The notes under the pieces were generated by a model. The model ran no database searches, was not told the DNA's origin, and worked only from the letters and a program-made list of their open reading frames with translations. From an uncultured candidate division Zixibacteria bacterium (GTDB lineage Bacteria > Zixibacteria > MSB-5A5 > UBA10806 > 4484-95), in contig CAXXKA010000008.1 of the NCBI GenBank assembly GCA_963668625.2, positions 1,312,001 to 1,376,000 of the forward strand: a stretch of DNA of 64,000 nt, written 5' to 3'. The first letter of the stretch is position 1. The number at the start of each line of letters is the position of its first letter. Of the stretch, positions 10,655 through 19,302 are shown in pieces. A program made the position numbers and the translations under genes.

Positions 10655-10802
10655 GGGCTTGTTGAAAAAGTCCTTGTTGGATAACGGTGGTGTCAGGAAT
10701 CCATTCCTGACACCTGATTTCATGCGGCATGTCACCGGGAAAGTATGAACTAAGGGCTTCGTCCGCCCAGCGACTCATATAAATGGCTTTTTCAACAACC
10801 CC
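10655..10802. mobile_element. MITE-2 (~148 bp) with IS5/IS1182-like termini
   Basis: TIRs gggcttgttgaaaaag ... ctttttcaacaacccc (15/16 match); internal hairpin ggtgtcaggaatccattcctgacacc; reversed partial copy at about 56537-56646. Confidence 0.75.
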
Positions 10803-10882
10803 ACTGAGGGCGGGGATGGGGTACCATACCTCATGCATCCTTTTTATATTGACAAACATAGTATTATTGCATACTTTAAGAT

Positions 10883-11305
10883 ATGATTGTAAGGATCGTG
10901 GTATTCATACTTTTCTACTGCGCTATGGTGACATTTTCACCGATGGTGAAATTTTGCATCTGTAAAGACGGCGTACCGCCCTGTGCGAAGAGCAAGAATG
11001 TAAAATCAGATAGCGTGCATAAGTCGTGTTGCTCGAAGACCTCCGGATGTAAAGCCGAGGTAGCGAAAGAAAAGACATGCGATCAGAATAAAGCCTTACG
11101 TTGTTTGAAATGCACTAAATCATTCTATGCAATATTTCAGGAATATGCTGATATTACGGTATATGATAACTCACCGGATAATGGCTCTGCTTTTAACGAA
11201 AGTTCAAGTGATTTAATTGTATTTATATCATCCAAGCTTATCAAGAAGCCACCTGGCAGATTGAATCTGCACTCGCATATAGAATCAACGGTTCTTCGAT
11301 GTTGA
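10883..11305 (+). CDS. Cys-rich exported hypothetical protein, HYC_CC_PP/DUF2946-like architecture
   Basis: Hydrophobic N-terminus, FCIC, SCC and CLKC motifs, C-terminal KKPP...STVLRC. Confidence 0.6.
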   Translation: MIVRIVVFILFYCAMVTFSPMVKFCICKDGVPPCAKSKNVKSDSVHKSCCSKTSGCKAEVAKEKTCDQNKALRCLKCTKSFYAIFQEYADITVYDNSPDNGSAFNESSSDLIVFISSKLIKKPPGRLNLHSHIESTVLRC

Positions 11306-11417
11306 GAATATAACTAGCAGTATAATAAACTCATAATATGAATGTAAGTTTATGCATCTATCGTTCACTGGCATATATACATTCATGAAATTAAAAATAA
11401 TAACTGGAGTTCTTACG

Positions 11418-11771
11418 ATGAAAATAAAATACGTTTTCTACATGTTACTGCCGCTGTTGTTGTTAACGGTAATCTATGCTGATGGGATTAAAACCACCTC
11501 GCAAACATCTGATATTAAATCTAAAACTACGGTTAATACCACATGCGAAAAGCCATGCCTACAGAAAGTCAATTGCCCCCATGGCGATACCTGTACATGC
11601 GGTGAGGTTTGCAAAAGCGGGAATGCCTGCAAAGCCGACAGCACCTGTCAGCACGTGAAACCGGAGAATTGCCCCAAAAAAGCATCGACTAAAGATACAT
11701 CGACTAAAAAGGCGACCACCGCTATAAAATGTGATCCCACGAAATGTGGCGGTTGCACGGGGCATAAGTAA
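11418..11771 (+). CDS. Secreted small Cys-rich (metallothionein-like) protein
   Basis: GGAG RBS, signal peptide MKIKYVFYMLLPLLLLTVIYA, 12 Cys and 3 His in the mature part. Confidence 0.65.
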   Translation: MKIKYVFYMLLPLLLLTVIYADGIKTTSQTSDIKSKTTVNTTCEKPCLQKVNCPHGDTCTCGEVCKSGNACKADSTCQHVKPENCPKKASTKDTSTKKATTAIKCDPTKCGGCTGHK

Positions 11772-11804
11772 AGTAATAGGTAATTTCCAAATTTGATTGT
11801 GACG

Positions 11805-11834
11805 GGCCGGAGGTGTTTGCCTCCGGCTTTTTTT
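11805..11834 (+). terminator. Intrinsic terminator
   Basis: gccggagg-tgtttg-cctccggc followed by a T run. Confidence 0.8.
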
Positions 11835-12112
11835 GTGTAGATCAAAACCCCCGCGGTTTTAACGCGTGTTACTATTGTTGATTGGCATTCCCGCCCTCCC
11901 GCTTATGGCGGGGATAGGGCACCGTGATTGCATATAGCAAGTATTAGTAGCTCACATTGTTGGGTGTCGATCTAAGATTGCCCCGTTTGTTGATCGTAAA
12001 TAATCTATGCTATTGATTAAACGTCTTGCGGGATGGTCTTAGACCATCCCCTATGGATATTGTGTTTTGATTATTCTATTACTTGTTGTAATCGAATAAT
12101 AATTGTAAAAAA

Positions 12113-12135
12113 GGGCGTATGCGATACGCCCCTAC
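12113..12135 (-). repeat. GTAG-type REP palindrome (family also at 10231, 10567, 14763, 14864, 24252, 25145, 27056)
   Basis: gggcgtatgcgatacgcccctac, reverse complement GTAGGGGCGTATCGCATACGCCC. Confidence 0.8.
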
Positions 12136-12219
12136 GCGTGAAATCTAATGTTAATCAATCACATTTTAAAATTCTTAAGAGCGTCAAAACCGCAGGGATT
12201 TTGACCTGCTCAAGATACT

Positions 12220-14508
12220 CTAATACTCCAGCAAATCCTCAACCACCTCTATAATTTTATAGGGCTGGGGCAGGCAGATGTTGTCGCCGTCCTCGCCGTA
12301 GGCTACTCGGGCATCCTGCGCCGTTAGCAGGCGAACCGGGCCGTCAAGATAATCAAACAGGTTGGCGCCAATGTAAGCCGCTATGGTCGGCCCTACACCA
12401 CCGTGATACCTGTCCTCGGAGACCACCACAACTTTCGAGATGTCTTTTAACGTCTCCTCGATGGTGCCCCAATCGATGGGCTTTACCGTGCGTAGATCGA
12501 TCACCCTGGCTTTGATATTTTTACTCTCCAGATCGCGGGCGACTTTCAGGCACATCGGCAGAGTTATACCGTAGCTGATAATAGCGATATCCTCCGCCTC
12601 GGGGTTGTAGACTTTCGCCTTACCGAACGGTATAAGCTCCTCGATAGGCGGGTATTTGGCCATTATGTTATAGCCCTCCCAATCTCGACGGTTATACAAT
12701 GCGACCGCCTCGCAGAACATGGCGGGATCGCCGGAGACATAGGCGGTACGCAGTAACCCGGCGGCATCATGGGCGTTCGAGGGTATCAACACATGCAGGC
12801 CGGGGATATTGATATAAGTACCGAGATTGGCCTCGGAATGCCACATCGCGCCTGCGCCCTGCTTGTAGCCGCCATATGAGGTACGGATCACCATCGGCAT
12901 TTTTATTTGCGCGTTGGATCGCTGATAGGTGGTGGCGATTCTATCCTTAAGCTGCTGATAGCCGGGACTCATGTAATCGATAAACTGCACCTCAGGAAAC
13001 GGAACTCGACCTTGATAAGCGTGCCCGACAGCGCGGCCGAGAATACCAGCCTCATCGAGCTGAGTGTTGTAAACCCTATCGATGCCGAATGCTCGCTGAA
13101 GGTTTTTGGTGGTAAGGAATACTCCACCTTTGCCTTTGAGTTTATCCATCACCTGATCGCCTTTATTAAACACCTCCCTGGCGAAATCAGCGACATCCTC
13201 ACCGAAAAGCACGGTGTCATCCGAGAGCATGAATATATCGAACAGGGCATAATTAATTGCCGTGCGCATAGTCATCTCAGGCTGGTTCTCTGGAAGACCG
13301 GGTGATTTGAAAAATCCCCGTTCGTGAAATTCTATATATTTCCTCTCGCGTACACTACCGCGTTCATCCACCAGTCGTTTCCACAAGCTCTCGGCATTTT
13401 CAGGTTTGTAGCTATAGACCTTGCCCAGGACATCACTGGTTTTCTTGAGTCGAATGTCTTTAGTGACCTCGGCGGAGGTTCTACTCACCTCGGAGTCTAT
13501 GTCATTATAGATTTTCACCAGTTTCTCGGTCGTAAACAGACCGTCCTGTATGAGTTGTTTGGCCATCATGCGGAGCGGATCGTTTTTGATATGATAGCTT
13601 TGTTCTTTTAACTCCATATAATGAGATTGATCATCACTACCCGAATGCGAATCCTCGCGGGTTACATTTATGTTGGCTATGGCCGGGCCTTTACCTTTTC
13701 GGGTATAATCTACCATGCGCTTGACCGCCGCCAACGACTGCTTGATATCGGTTCCATCGAAGTTTTCGATTTTCAGACCGAAACGTTGATAACCTTCGAA
13801 TGATGTCGTTGGGTTACCCTCGGGGAACTGCTCGTTGACACTGGTTGAGATTGCCCAGCCGCAGTTATAGATAGCGTAAATATTACGAGTATTGTTGTAC
13901 ACGGAATAAAACACTGCCCGATGGAATTCAGGTGAGGAGGTTGCGCCTTCACCGATCGAGCAACAGACTATAGAGTTGCTTTTGTACCGTCCGTTTCTGA
14001 TACCGGCCGGGCCTTTTATCCGTGTAGGATTTATGATAGCCTCGCCTAATCCGGCGGCCTCGAGGGCGTGCGAGCCAGTGGGGGAGGCCTGCGGCAATAT
14101 CGCCAGCTCGGGGTACGAGGAGTGGGCCGGTTGAAGCTGTCCGCCGGTAGATTCCGAACGGACATCCCCGACAGCCTCGTATATTTTCTGCTTTATGGAT
14201 ACGCCCCGGTACAGATCGAACGCTTTATTGCGGTAGTAACCGGCGAACGGATCATCCTTTTTAAGCGCGCCGGCCAGGACAACATCGATCAGTTCTTTGC
14301 CGCCACAGCCTATGAAAAACCGACACAGTCCGCGCCTGAGGAGGATTTTCTCCTCCAACTCGATTCGCCTTGCCAGCACCATCGTTTTATACATCTTCTC
14401 GAGCGCCTTTAAAGTGACACCTGAATATTCTTTATCGAATTTGGTTTTGGTGATTTTTTTGCCGGGTTTTAATTCTTTTATCCAATCGCGTATTTCGAGG
14501 TAGGCCAT
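12220..14508 (-). CDS. 2-oxoacid (probably branched-chain) dehydrogenase E1, fused alpha and beta subunits
   Basis: TPP motif GEGATS...YNCGWAIS, SHSGSDDQ, FGEDV, EVQFIDY and VIDLRTVKPID motifs. Confidence 0.92.
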   Translation of the reverse strand: MAYLEIRDWIKELKPGKKITKTKFDKEYSGVTLKALEKMYKTMVLARRIELEEKILLRRGLCRFFIGCGGKELIDVVLAGALKKDDPFAGYYRNKAFDLYRGVSIKQKIYEAVGDVRSESTGGQLQPAHSSYPELAILPQASPTGSHALEAAGLGEAIINPTRIKGPAGIRNGRYKSNSIVCCSIGEGATSSPEFHRAVFYSVYNNTRNIYAIYNCGWAISTSVNEQFPEGNPTTSFEGYQRFGLKIENFDGTDIKQSLAAVKRMVDYTRKGKGPAIANINVTREDSHSGSDDQSHYMELKEQSYHIKNDPLRMMAKQLIQDGLFTTEKLVKIYNDIDSEVSRTSAEVTKDIRLKKTSDVLGKVYSYKPENAESLWKRLVDERGSVRERKYIEFHERGFFKSPGLPENQPEMTMRTAINYALFDIFMLSDDTVLFGEDVADFAREVFNKGDQVMDKLKGKGGVFLTTKNLQRAFGIDRVYNTQLDEAGILGRAVGHAYQGRVPFPEVQFIDYMSPGYQQLKDRIATTYQRSNAQIKMPMVIRTSYGGYKQGAGAMWHSEANLGTYINIPGLHVLIPSNAHDAAGLLRTAYVSGDPAMFCEAVALYNRRDWEGYNIMAKYPPIEELIPFGKAKVYNPEAEDIAIISYGITLPMCLKVARDLESKNIKARVIDLRTVKPIDWGTIEETLKDISKVVVVSEDRYHGGVGPTIAAYIGANLFDYLDGPVRLLTAQDARVAYGEDGDNICLPQPYKIIEVVEDLLEY

Positions 14509-14860
14509 TATTTATCTCCGTAGATTTACACTAGACTTTTAGATCGCCGGGTTAAGGTCGAATATATAATCTCTGTTTATAACAAAATCAATGGAAATGT
14601 GGTTTCCGGGGATTTGGGATGAAGGATATGCTTTCAGGGGCTATAAAAACGGATTGATTCGCCTTATTAAACGATTCTACCTCAGGCTTCCAGCCCCGAG
14701 GTGGGACACCCTGAGTATGAACGTACAATTAGGATAAATCTGCCAACTCATGCTGTCTGCCCGGGGGCGTATTCGATACGCTTCTACAGCTCATGTTTAA
14801 CTAACTGCTAAAATATAATGGAGTATGTAATTCTATGAATTTCATAACCTGTGAAAAGAA

Positions 14861-14885
14861 AAAGGGCGCATTAAATACGCCCTTT
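14861..14885 (-). terminator. REP-derived hairpin acting as probable terminator of fbaB
   Basis: aaagggcg-cattaaata-cgcccttt just downstream of the fbaB stop. Confidence 0.6.
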
Positions 14886-14909
14886 CGGAGATAAAATCGT
14901 AATCTTTGT

Positions 14910-15959
14910 TTAGGCTATGGTCACGCCTTTATCGAGGTAGACATCCTGAACGGCATTGATCAGTTTGACACCCTCGGCCATGGGGCGCTGGAATGCTTTC
15001 CTGCCCATGATCATCCCCATACCGCCGGCGCGTTTGTTAATCACCGAGGTGCGTACGGCATCCTGAAGATCGTTGGAACCTGATCCGCCGCCGGAGTTGA
15101 TCAGCCCGGCCCGTCCCATGTAGCAGTTTGCTACCTGGTAGCGGGTGAGGTCAATCGGGTGATCCGAGGTTAACTCGGTATAAACCTTCTCGTCAGTTTT
15201 ACCGAAATTGATCGCTGTATAACCGCCGTTGTTGGTCGGCGCTTTCTGCTTGATAATATCAGCCTCGATAGTTACGCCTAGATGATTGGCCTGGCCGGTT
15301 AAATCGGCTGAGGTGTGATAGTCTTTATCGGCTTTGAACGCTGTATTTCGCAGGTACGACCAGAGAATCGTGACCATGCCCAACTCATGGGCGGCCTGGA
15401 AAGCCTCTGATATCTCGATAATCTGCCGATTTGATGTTTCATGCCCGAAATAGATCGTTGCGCCAACTGCCACCGCGCCAAGCTCGAACGCCTGTTCGAC
15501 ACTGGCGAACAGTATCTGGTCGGGATGTGCCGGATAGGTTAGTAGCTCATTATGGTTGATTTTTACGATAAACGGTATTTTATGCGCGTATTTGCGGGAC
15601 ATTATCCCCAGCACGCCCAGTGTCGAGGCTACGCCGTTGCAGCCGCCCTCGAGACCCAGCTTGATTATGTTCTCCGGATCGAAATAGGCCGGATTAGGCG
15701 CGAATGAAGCGCCACCGGAGTGTTCGATACCCTGGTCTACCGGCAGGATGGAGAGATAGCCCGATCCGCTCAAGCGGCCGTGATCGAACAACGACTGCAT
15801 ATTGCGTAATACCGGCGTTGTTCTATCCGAGTATAGCTGTACCCTGTCGACGAAGTCCGGACCTGGCACGTGAAGCTGATCTTTCGAGATTGTTTTACTG
15901 GTGTGATTTAATAGGTATTCGGCATCCTTACCGAGAATTTCCTGAATATTATTAGCCAT
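14910..15959 (-). CDS. fbaB: Class I fructose-bisphosphate aldolase
   Basis: [35 protein letters not shown] and GRKAFQRP motifs; GGAGGG RBS before ATG 15959. Confidence 0.95.
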   Translation of the reverse strand: MANNIQEILGKDAEYLLNHTSKTISKDQLHVPGPDFVDRVQLYSDRTTPVLRNMQSLFDHGRLSGSGYLSILPVDQGIEHSGGASFAPNPAYFDPENIIKLGLEGGCNGVASTLGVLGIMSRKYAHKIPFIVKINHNELLTYPAHPDQILFASVEQAFELGAVAVGATIYFGHETSNRQIIEISEAFQAAHELGMVTILWSYLRNTAFKADKDYHTSADLTGQANHLGVTIEADIIKQKAPTNNGGYTAINFGKTDEKVYTELTSDHPIDLTRYQVANCYMGRAGLINSGGGSGSNDLQDAVRTSVINKRAGGMGMIMGRKAFQRPMAEGVKLINAVQDVYLDKGVTIA

Positions 15960-16271
15960 TTTTCCCTCCATTTAGGTTGGCATTATTTTCTGCTTTACCT
16001 GATATTAAATATTTAGTCGATACTTAAGTTCCCACGAAATAACAAAGTAGGCATAGTTAAGCATCACATTTAGTTATCGGATAAATCCGTACTATTTTGA
16101 GTATAATTTATCAGGTGGTATTTTAGTGTGGAGGGAGGACATGTTCATTAGTGTTAAGACAAGATATTTAAGGGCAGTATGCCCACGCTACGAAATTGCT
16201 CTTGATGCTATAAAATACAGGTTTAGCCGGTGTGTACATATACAGCGAAGCTTTTATATTTTAGATCATAT

Positions 16272-16524
16272 CACTAGTGTCCGGTGTTTTTCAGTAAATT
16301 TTAAAATCTCCTTGGAATTGTTAGTGAAAGATGTTTTCCGATATAATTATATATTCAGCGTATCATGCATCCTGATATGTCCTGCCTATGTTAGGCTTAG
16401 TTCCCTGGTTTCCAAGCGCTGCCTGGAAACCTTCTTGTGTCATGTAGAATGCGCATTTTGCCGGCCCAAAAGTCACGTTGCGAAGCAGCGCTTCGCAACG
16501 AGATGGGAAGGCCGGACAATGGTG
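16272..16524 (+). mobile_element. MITE-1, complete copy
   Basis: TIRs cactagtgtccgg / ccggacaatggtg; perfect 9-bp target duplication AGATCATAT (16263-16271 and 16525-16533). Confidence 0.92.
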
Positions 16525-16743
16525 AGATCATATAAGACAATACTAACAGCGCTGGCAGTCAGTCGCTTTCATTATATAAAGCGTAGAAAGACAGTCCTTC
16601 AGAGGCTGTCCTGAAAGTATGGTGCCTTTGGCCGGCGGCAGTTAATTTAATGTCACTACATATTTTCTTCCAAAACCCTTAGCAAGATAATATAATATCA
16701 AAATCTAATAGAAAATACTTACTTCTAATACAGGAGACCTGTT

Positions 16744-17091
16744 ATGGCGATCGATAAAGACCTTTTAGTCATGATAAAATCTAACGGGTTGGGTGATGGC
16801 GAACCTGATCTGGGCGAGAAACTGATGAAAGCCTGGTTGGAGCAACTCTGGGAATCGGGCGCGCGGCCCTCGATTATAGCTTTCCTTAACAGCGGGGTAT
16901 TTCTCACCACCGAGGATTCGCCCGTGATCGATTTGCTTGAAAAGTTTTCCGATAGCGGGACTCGCATACTATCCTGCGGTACCTGTCTGGCCTATTATGA
17001 TAGAACCGAAAAGTTGCTGGTCGGCGAGCCTACTAACATGAAAGATACAGTCGGCAGTATGTTAAGCTATAAGAAGATATTAGCTCCCTAG
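16744..17091 (+). CDS. DsrE-like sulfurtransferase (YedF C-terminal domain type)
   Basis: LGDGEPDLGEKLM, FLNSGVFL and ILSCGTCLAYY motifs. Confidence 0.85.
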   Translation: MAIDKDLLVMIKSNGLGDGEPDLGEKLMKAWLEQLWESGARPSIIAFLNSGVFLTTEDSPVIDLLEKFSDSGTRILSCGTCLAYYDRTEKLLVGEPTNMKDTVGSMLSYKKILAP

Positions 17092-17129
17092 CAAAATTAA
17101 GTAGCTCTGAATAAGAGCCTATTATTAAC

Positions 17130-17165
17130 GGATTGCTTCGTCCGCTATACTCTCTCGCAATGACA
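17130..17165. repeat. REP-like repeat GATTGCTTCG...CTCGCAATGAC (second copy 40027-40060)
   Basis: ggattgcttcgtcc...ctcgcaatgaca in two intergenic regions. Confidence 0.7.
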
Positions 17166-17184
17166 GGTAATGCTGTTTATGCTA

Positions 17185-18000
17185 TTAGCTGGCGGCGTTT
17201 CGAACTGTACGTTTCTGAATTATATCACCCTTGATAGAGATCAATACGCTTTCCATCGGTATATCTCTGCCGGAACTCGCCAAAGCTTGCTCGGTTATTT
17301 TCACCATTCCCATACAACAGGGTACCTCCATATATACCACGGTAACCGATCTTGGTTTACCCTCGGCAATTATCCGCGCGATTTTATCGAGGTATGCGTT
17401 TACATCATCCAGTTTGGGACAACCTATCGCTATGGCTTTATCCTTTACGAAATCCTCCTGGAAGTTGCCATATGCGAACGCCACACAATCGGCGATAATC
17501 ATCAAGTTAGCGTCTTTGAAATATGGCGCGTTCGGCGGCAAAAGGTGAAGTTGAACCGGCCACTGTCGTAATTGCGAGAGCTGTATGTTTTTCGTTGATG
17601 TCACGGGCGGTTCCTCGCCGGTAATCCACTGCATCATTTTAGAACCCGGGCAGGCAGGCGGCGCGATTGTTTTCGTATCTTCGGTAATCCTGTTGATTTC
17701 ATCTTTGTGTTTGTCGATATGCTTATAATGATTACCGAGTTGATCGGGAGAATTACGCTTTATATGACTTACCACTCCACCCGCATCATAGTATTCAACA
17801 TCGCGTTCAACGATATGCAGAGCGTTCTCGGGGCAATCACCCAGGCAGGCGCCTAAGCCATCACAGAAAGTTTCTTTCACCAGCCGGGCTTTGCCATCGA
17901 TTATTTGAAGTGCCCCTTCCGGGCAGGCAGGTATACATAAGCCACAACCATTACATTTATCCTCGTCTATCCGGATAATATTTCTTTTTATTTTAGCCAT
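17185..18000 (-). CDS. 4Fe-4S ferredoxin-domain protein of the type usually linked to hcp
   Basis: CNGCGLCIPACPEGAL, CDGLGACLGDCP, LRQWPVQLHL, GCPKLD and MEVPCC motifs; GGAG RBS before ATG 18000. Confidence 0.88.
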   Translation of the reverse strand: MAKIKRNIIRIDEDKCNGCGLCIPACPEGALQIIDGKARLVKETFCDGLGACLGDCPENALHIVERDVEYYDAGGVVSHIKRNSPDQLGNHYKHIDKHKDEINRITEDTKTIAPPACPGSKMMQWITGEEPPVTSTKNIQLSQLRQWPVQLHLLPPNAPYFKDANLMIIADCVAFAYGNFQEDFVKDKAIAIGCPKLDDVNAYLDKIARIIAEGKPRSVTVVYMEVPCCMGMVKITEQALASSGRDIPMESVLISIKGDIIQKRTVRNAAS

Positions 18001-18059
18001 ATCGTTCTCCAATATCTTTGTATTTAATTCAAATATCGGCCAAACAAAGGACGTGATCC

Positions 18060-18073
18060 TTGACATAGATCAA
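18060..18073. promoter_or_regulatory. FNR/HcpR-type binding site
   Basis: TTGAC-ATAG-ATCAA between the divergent ferredoxin and Crp/Fnr genes. Confidence 0.75.
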
Positions 18074-18125
18074 CGATTGCAAAAAAGGGTGGATTTAAAC
18101 GTATTTATCAATTAATATCTATGAT

Positions 18126-18803
18126 ATGGAGGTCATGAATTATTTAAAAGCCAGTACGTTATTTACCGGTTTGGATGATGTCGAAATGCAAGCGCTGGCG
18201 AATGTAATGTCCATTCGGAGGTTAACTAAGGGGAAAATAGTTTTTCTGGATGGCGACGAGGCTAAAGGATTCTACGTGTTGTTCGAGGGGAAAATCCGGA
18301 TTTACAAATCGAATCCGGAAGGAAAAGAATACACAATTCATTTAATAAAGCCCAATCAATTCTTCGCCGAGGTTGGGATATTTAAAGGCGGAAATTATCC
18401 AGCCGATTGTATGGCTATAGAGAACTCGGTGGCCGGTTTCTTCCCCAAGGATGGCTTTTTGAAAGTCATCGAAAACCATCCCCGTATTTCCTTGAAAATC
18501 ATTTCCTCACTTTCGGCCTTTCTTCGAGAGTACAACATCATGGTTGAGGAGTTGGCCTTAAAAGAGGTTTCAGCCAGACTTGCACGATATATACTGGAAA
18601 AAACAAACGGCCGATCCGTGAAAACTTTTATTATCGATATCACCAAAACCGAGTTAGCCAAAGATCTGGGCACGATCAGCGAGACATTATCACGCAATTT
18701 CAAGAAATTAAAAGACAGGGGCATAATCAGCGTGAATAATCAGGAGATCACCGTACACGATTTCGATAAGCTCGAATTAGTGGCATCCGGCGAAAAAATC
18801 TGA
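18126..18803 (+). CDS. Crp/Fnr family transcriptional regulator (HcpR/Dnr-like)
   Basis: cNMP-binding-like domain and HTH TKTELAKDLGTISETLSRNFKKL. Confidence 0.92.
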   Translation: MEVMNYLKASTLFTGLDDVEMQALANVMSIRRLTKGKIVFLDGDEAKGFYVLFEGKIRIYKSNPEGKEYTIHLIKPNQFFAEVGIFKGGNYPADCMAIENSVAGFFPKDGFLKVIENHPRISLKIISSLSAFLREYNIMVEELALKEVSARLARYILEKTNGRSVKTFIIDITKTELAKDLGTISETLSRNFKKLKDRGIISVNNQEITVHDFDKLELVASGEKI

Positions 18804-18809
18804 TCTTTT

Positions 18810-18823
18810 TTGATTTAAATCAA
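18810..18823. promoter_or_regulatory. FNR-type binding site
   Basis: Perfect TTGAT-TTAA-ATCAA upstream of the cupin gene. Confidence 0.8.
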
Positions 18824-18953
18824 AAGCAATGACAATCTTTTTTATGATATTCTTTAGATCATTGGATGTTGCTAATATTGCATTGAAAGGAGATGGCATT
18901 GAGCGGAATACGACACGTATATTTAAAATTAATTACTCGATCAAGGGATATAC

Positions 18954-19301
18954 ATGGATAAGAAAAATAGTGCGGAATTAGAACCGGGTAGATCATATAG
19001 TATGGCCGGATTGCTTGATTACTCCGAGGGAGCGGTCGTAAGCAGGACTATCAAGAAAGGCAAATCCGGTACGATGACGCTGTTCGCATTCGATTCGGGG
19101 CAGGAGCTTAGCGAACACTCGGCGCCATATGACGCTTATGTTCAAGTATTGGATGGCGAGGTCAGGCTTACTATAGGTGGTGAGGACATTCTCGCTAAGA
19201 AGGGCGAGATCGTTCTGATGCCTTCTGACATACCTCACGCTGTATATGCCGAGAAACGTTTCAAGATGCTTCTTACGATGATAAAAGAGCCGCAAGAGTG
19301 A
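18954..19301 (+). CDS. Cupin domain protein
   Basis: TLFAFDSGQELSEHSAP...MPSDIPHAV...FKMLL. Confidence 0.9.
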   Translation: MDKKNSAELEPGRSYSMAGLLDYSEGAVVSRTIKKGKSGTMTLFAFDSGQELSEHSAPYDAYVQVLDGEVRLTIGGEDILAKKGEIVLMPSDIPHAVYAEKRFKMLLTMIKEPQE

Positions 19302-19302
19302 A

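Noticed and set aside
10623-10859. Short ORFs over MITE-2 (also 56398-56676)
   Set aside because: They are chance frames across repeat DNA with no transposase motifs
16272-16284. CACTA terminus suggesting a eukaryotic CACTA transposon
   Set aside because: The 9-bp TSD and bacterial context fit an IS-derived MITE; CACTA elements make 2-3 bp TSDs
16126-16614. 162-aa ORF in the ORF track
   Set aside because: It spans MITE-1, has no recognisable motif, and the frame is not evidently kept in the other copies; probably spurious
16744-17091. Selenoprotein or selenium operon suggested by the YedF-like gene
   Set aside because: No in-frame TGA, selD or yedE nearby; only the DsrE-like domain is present
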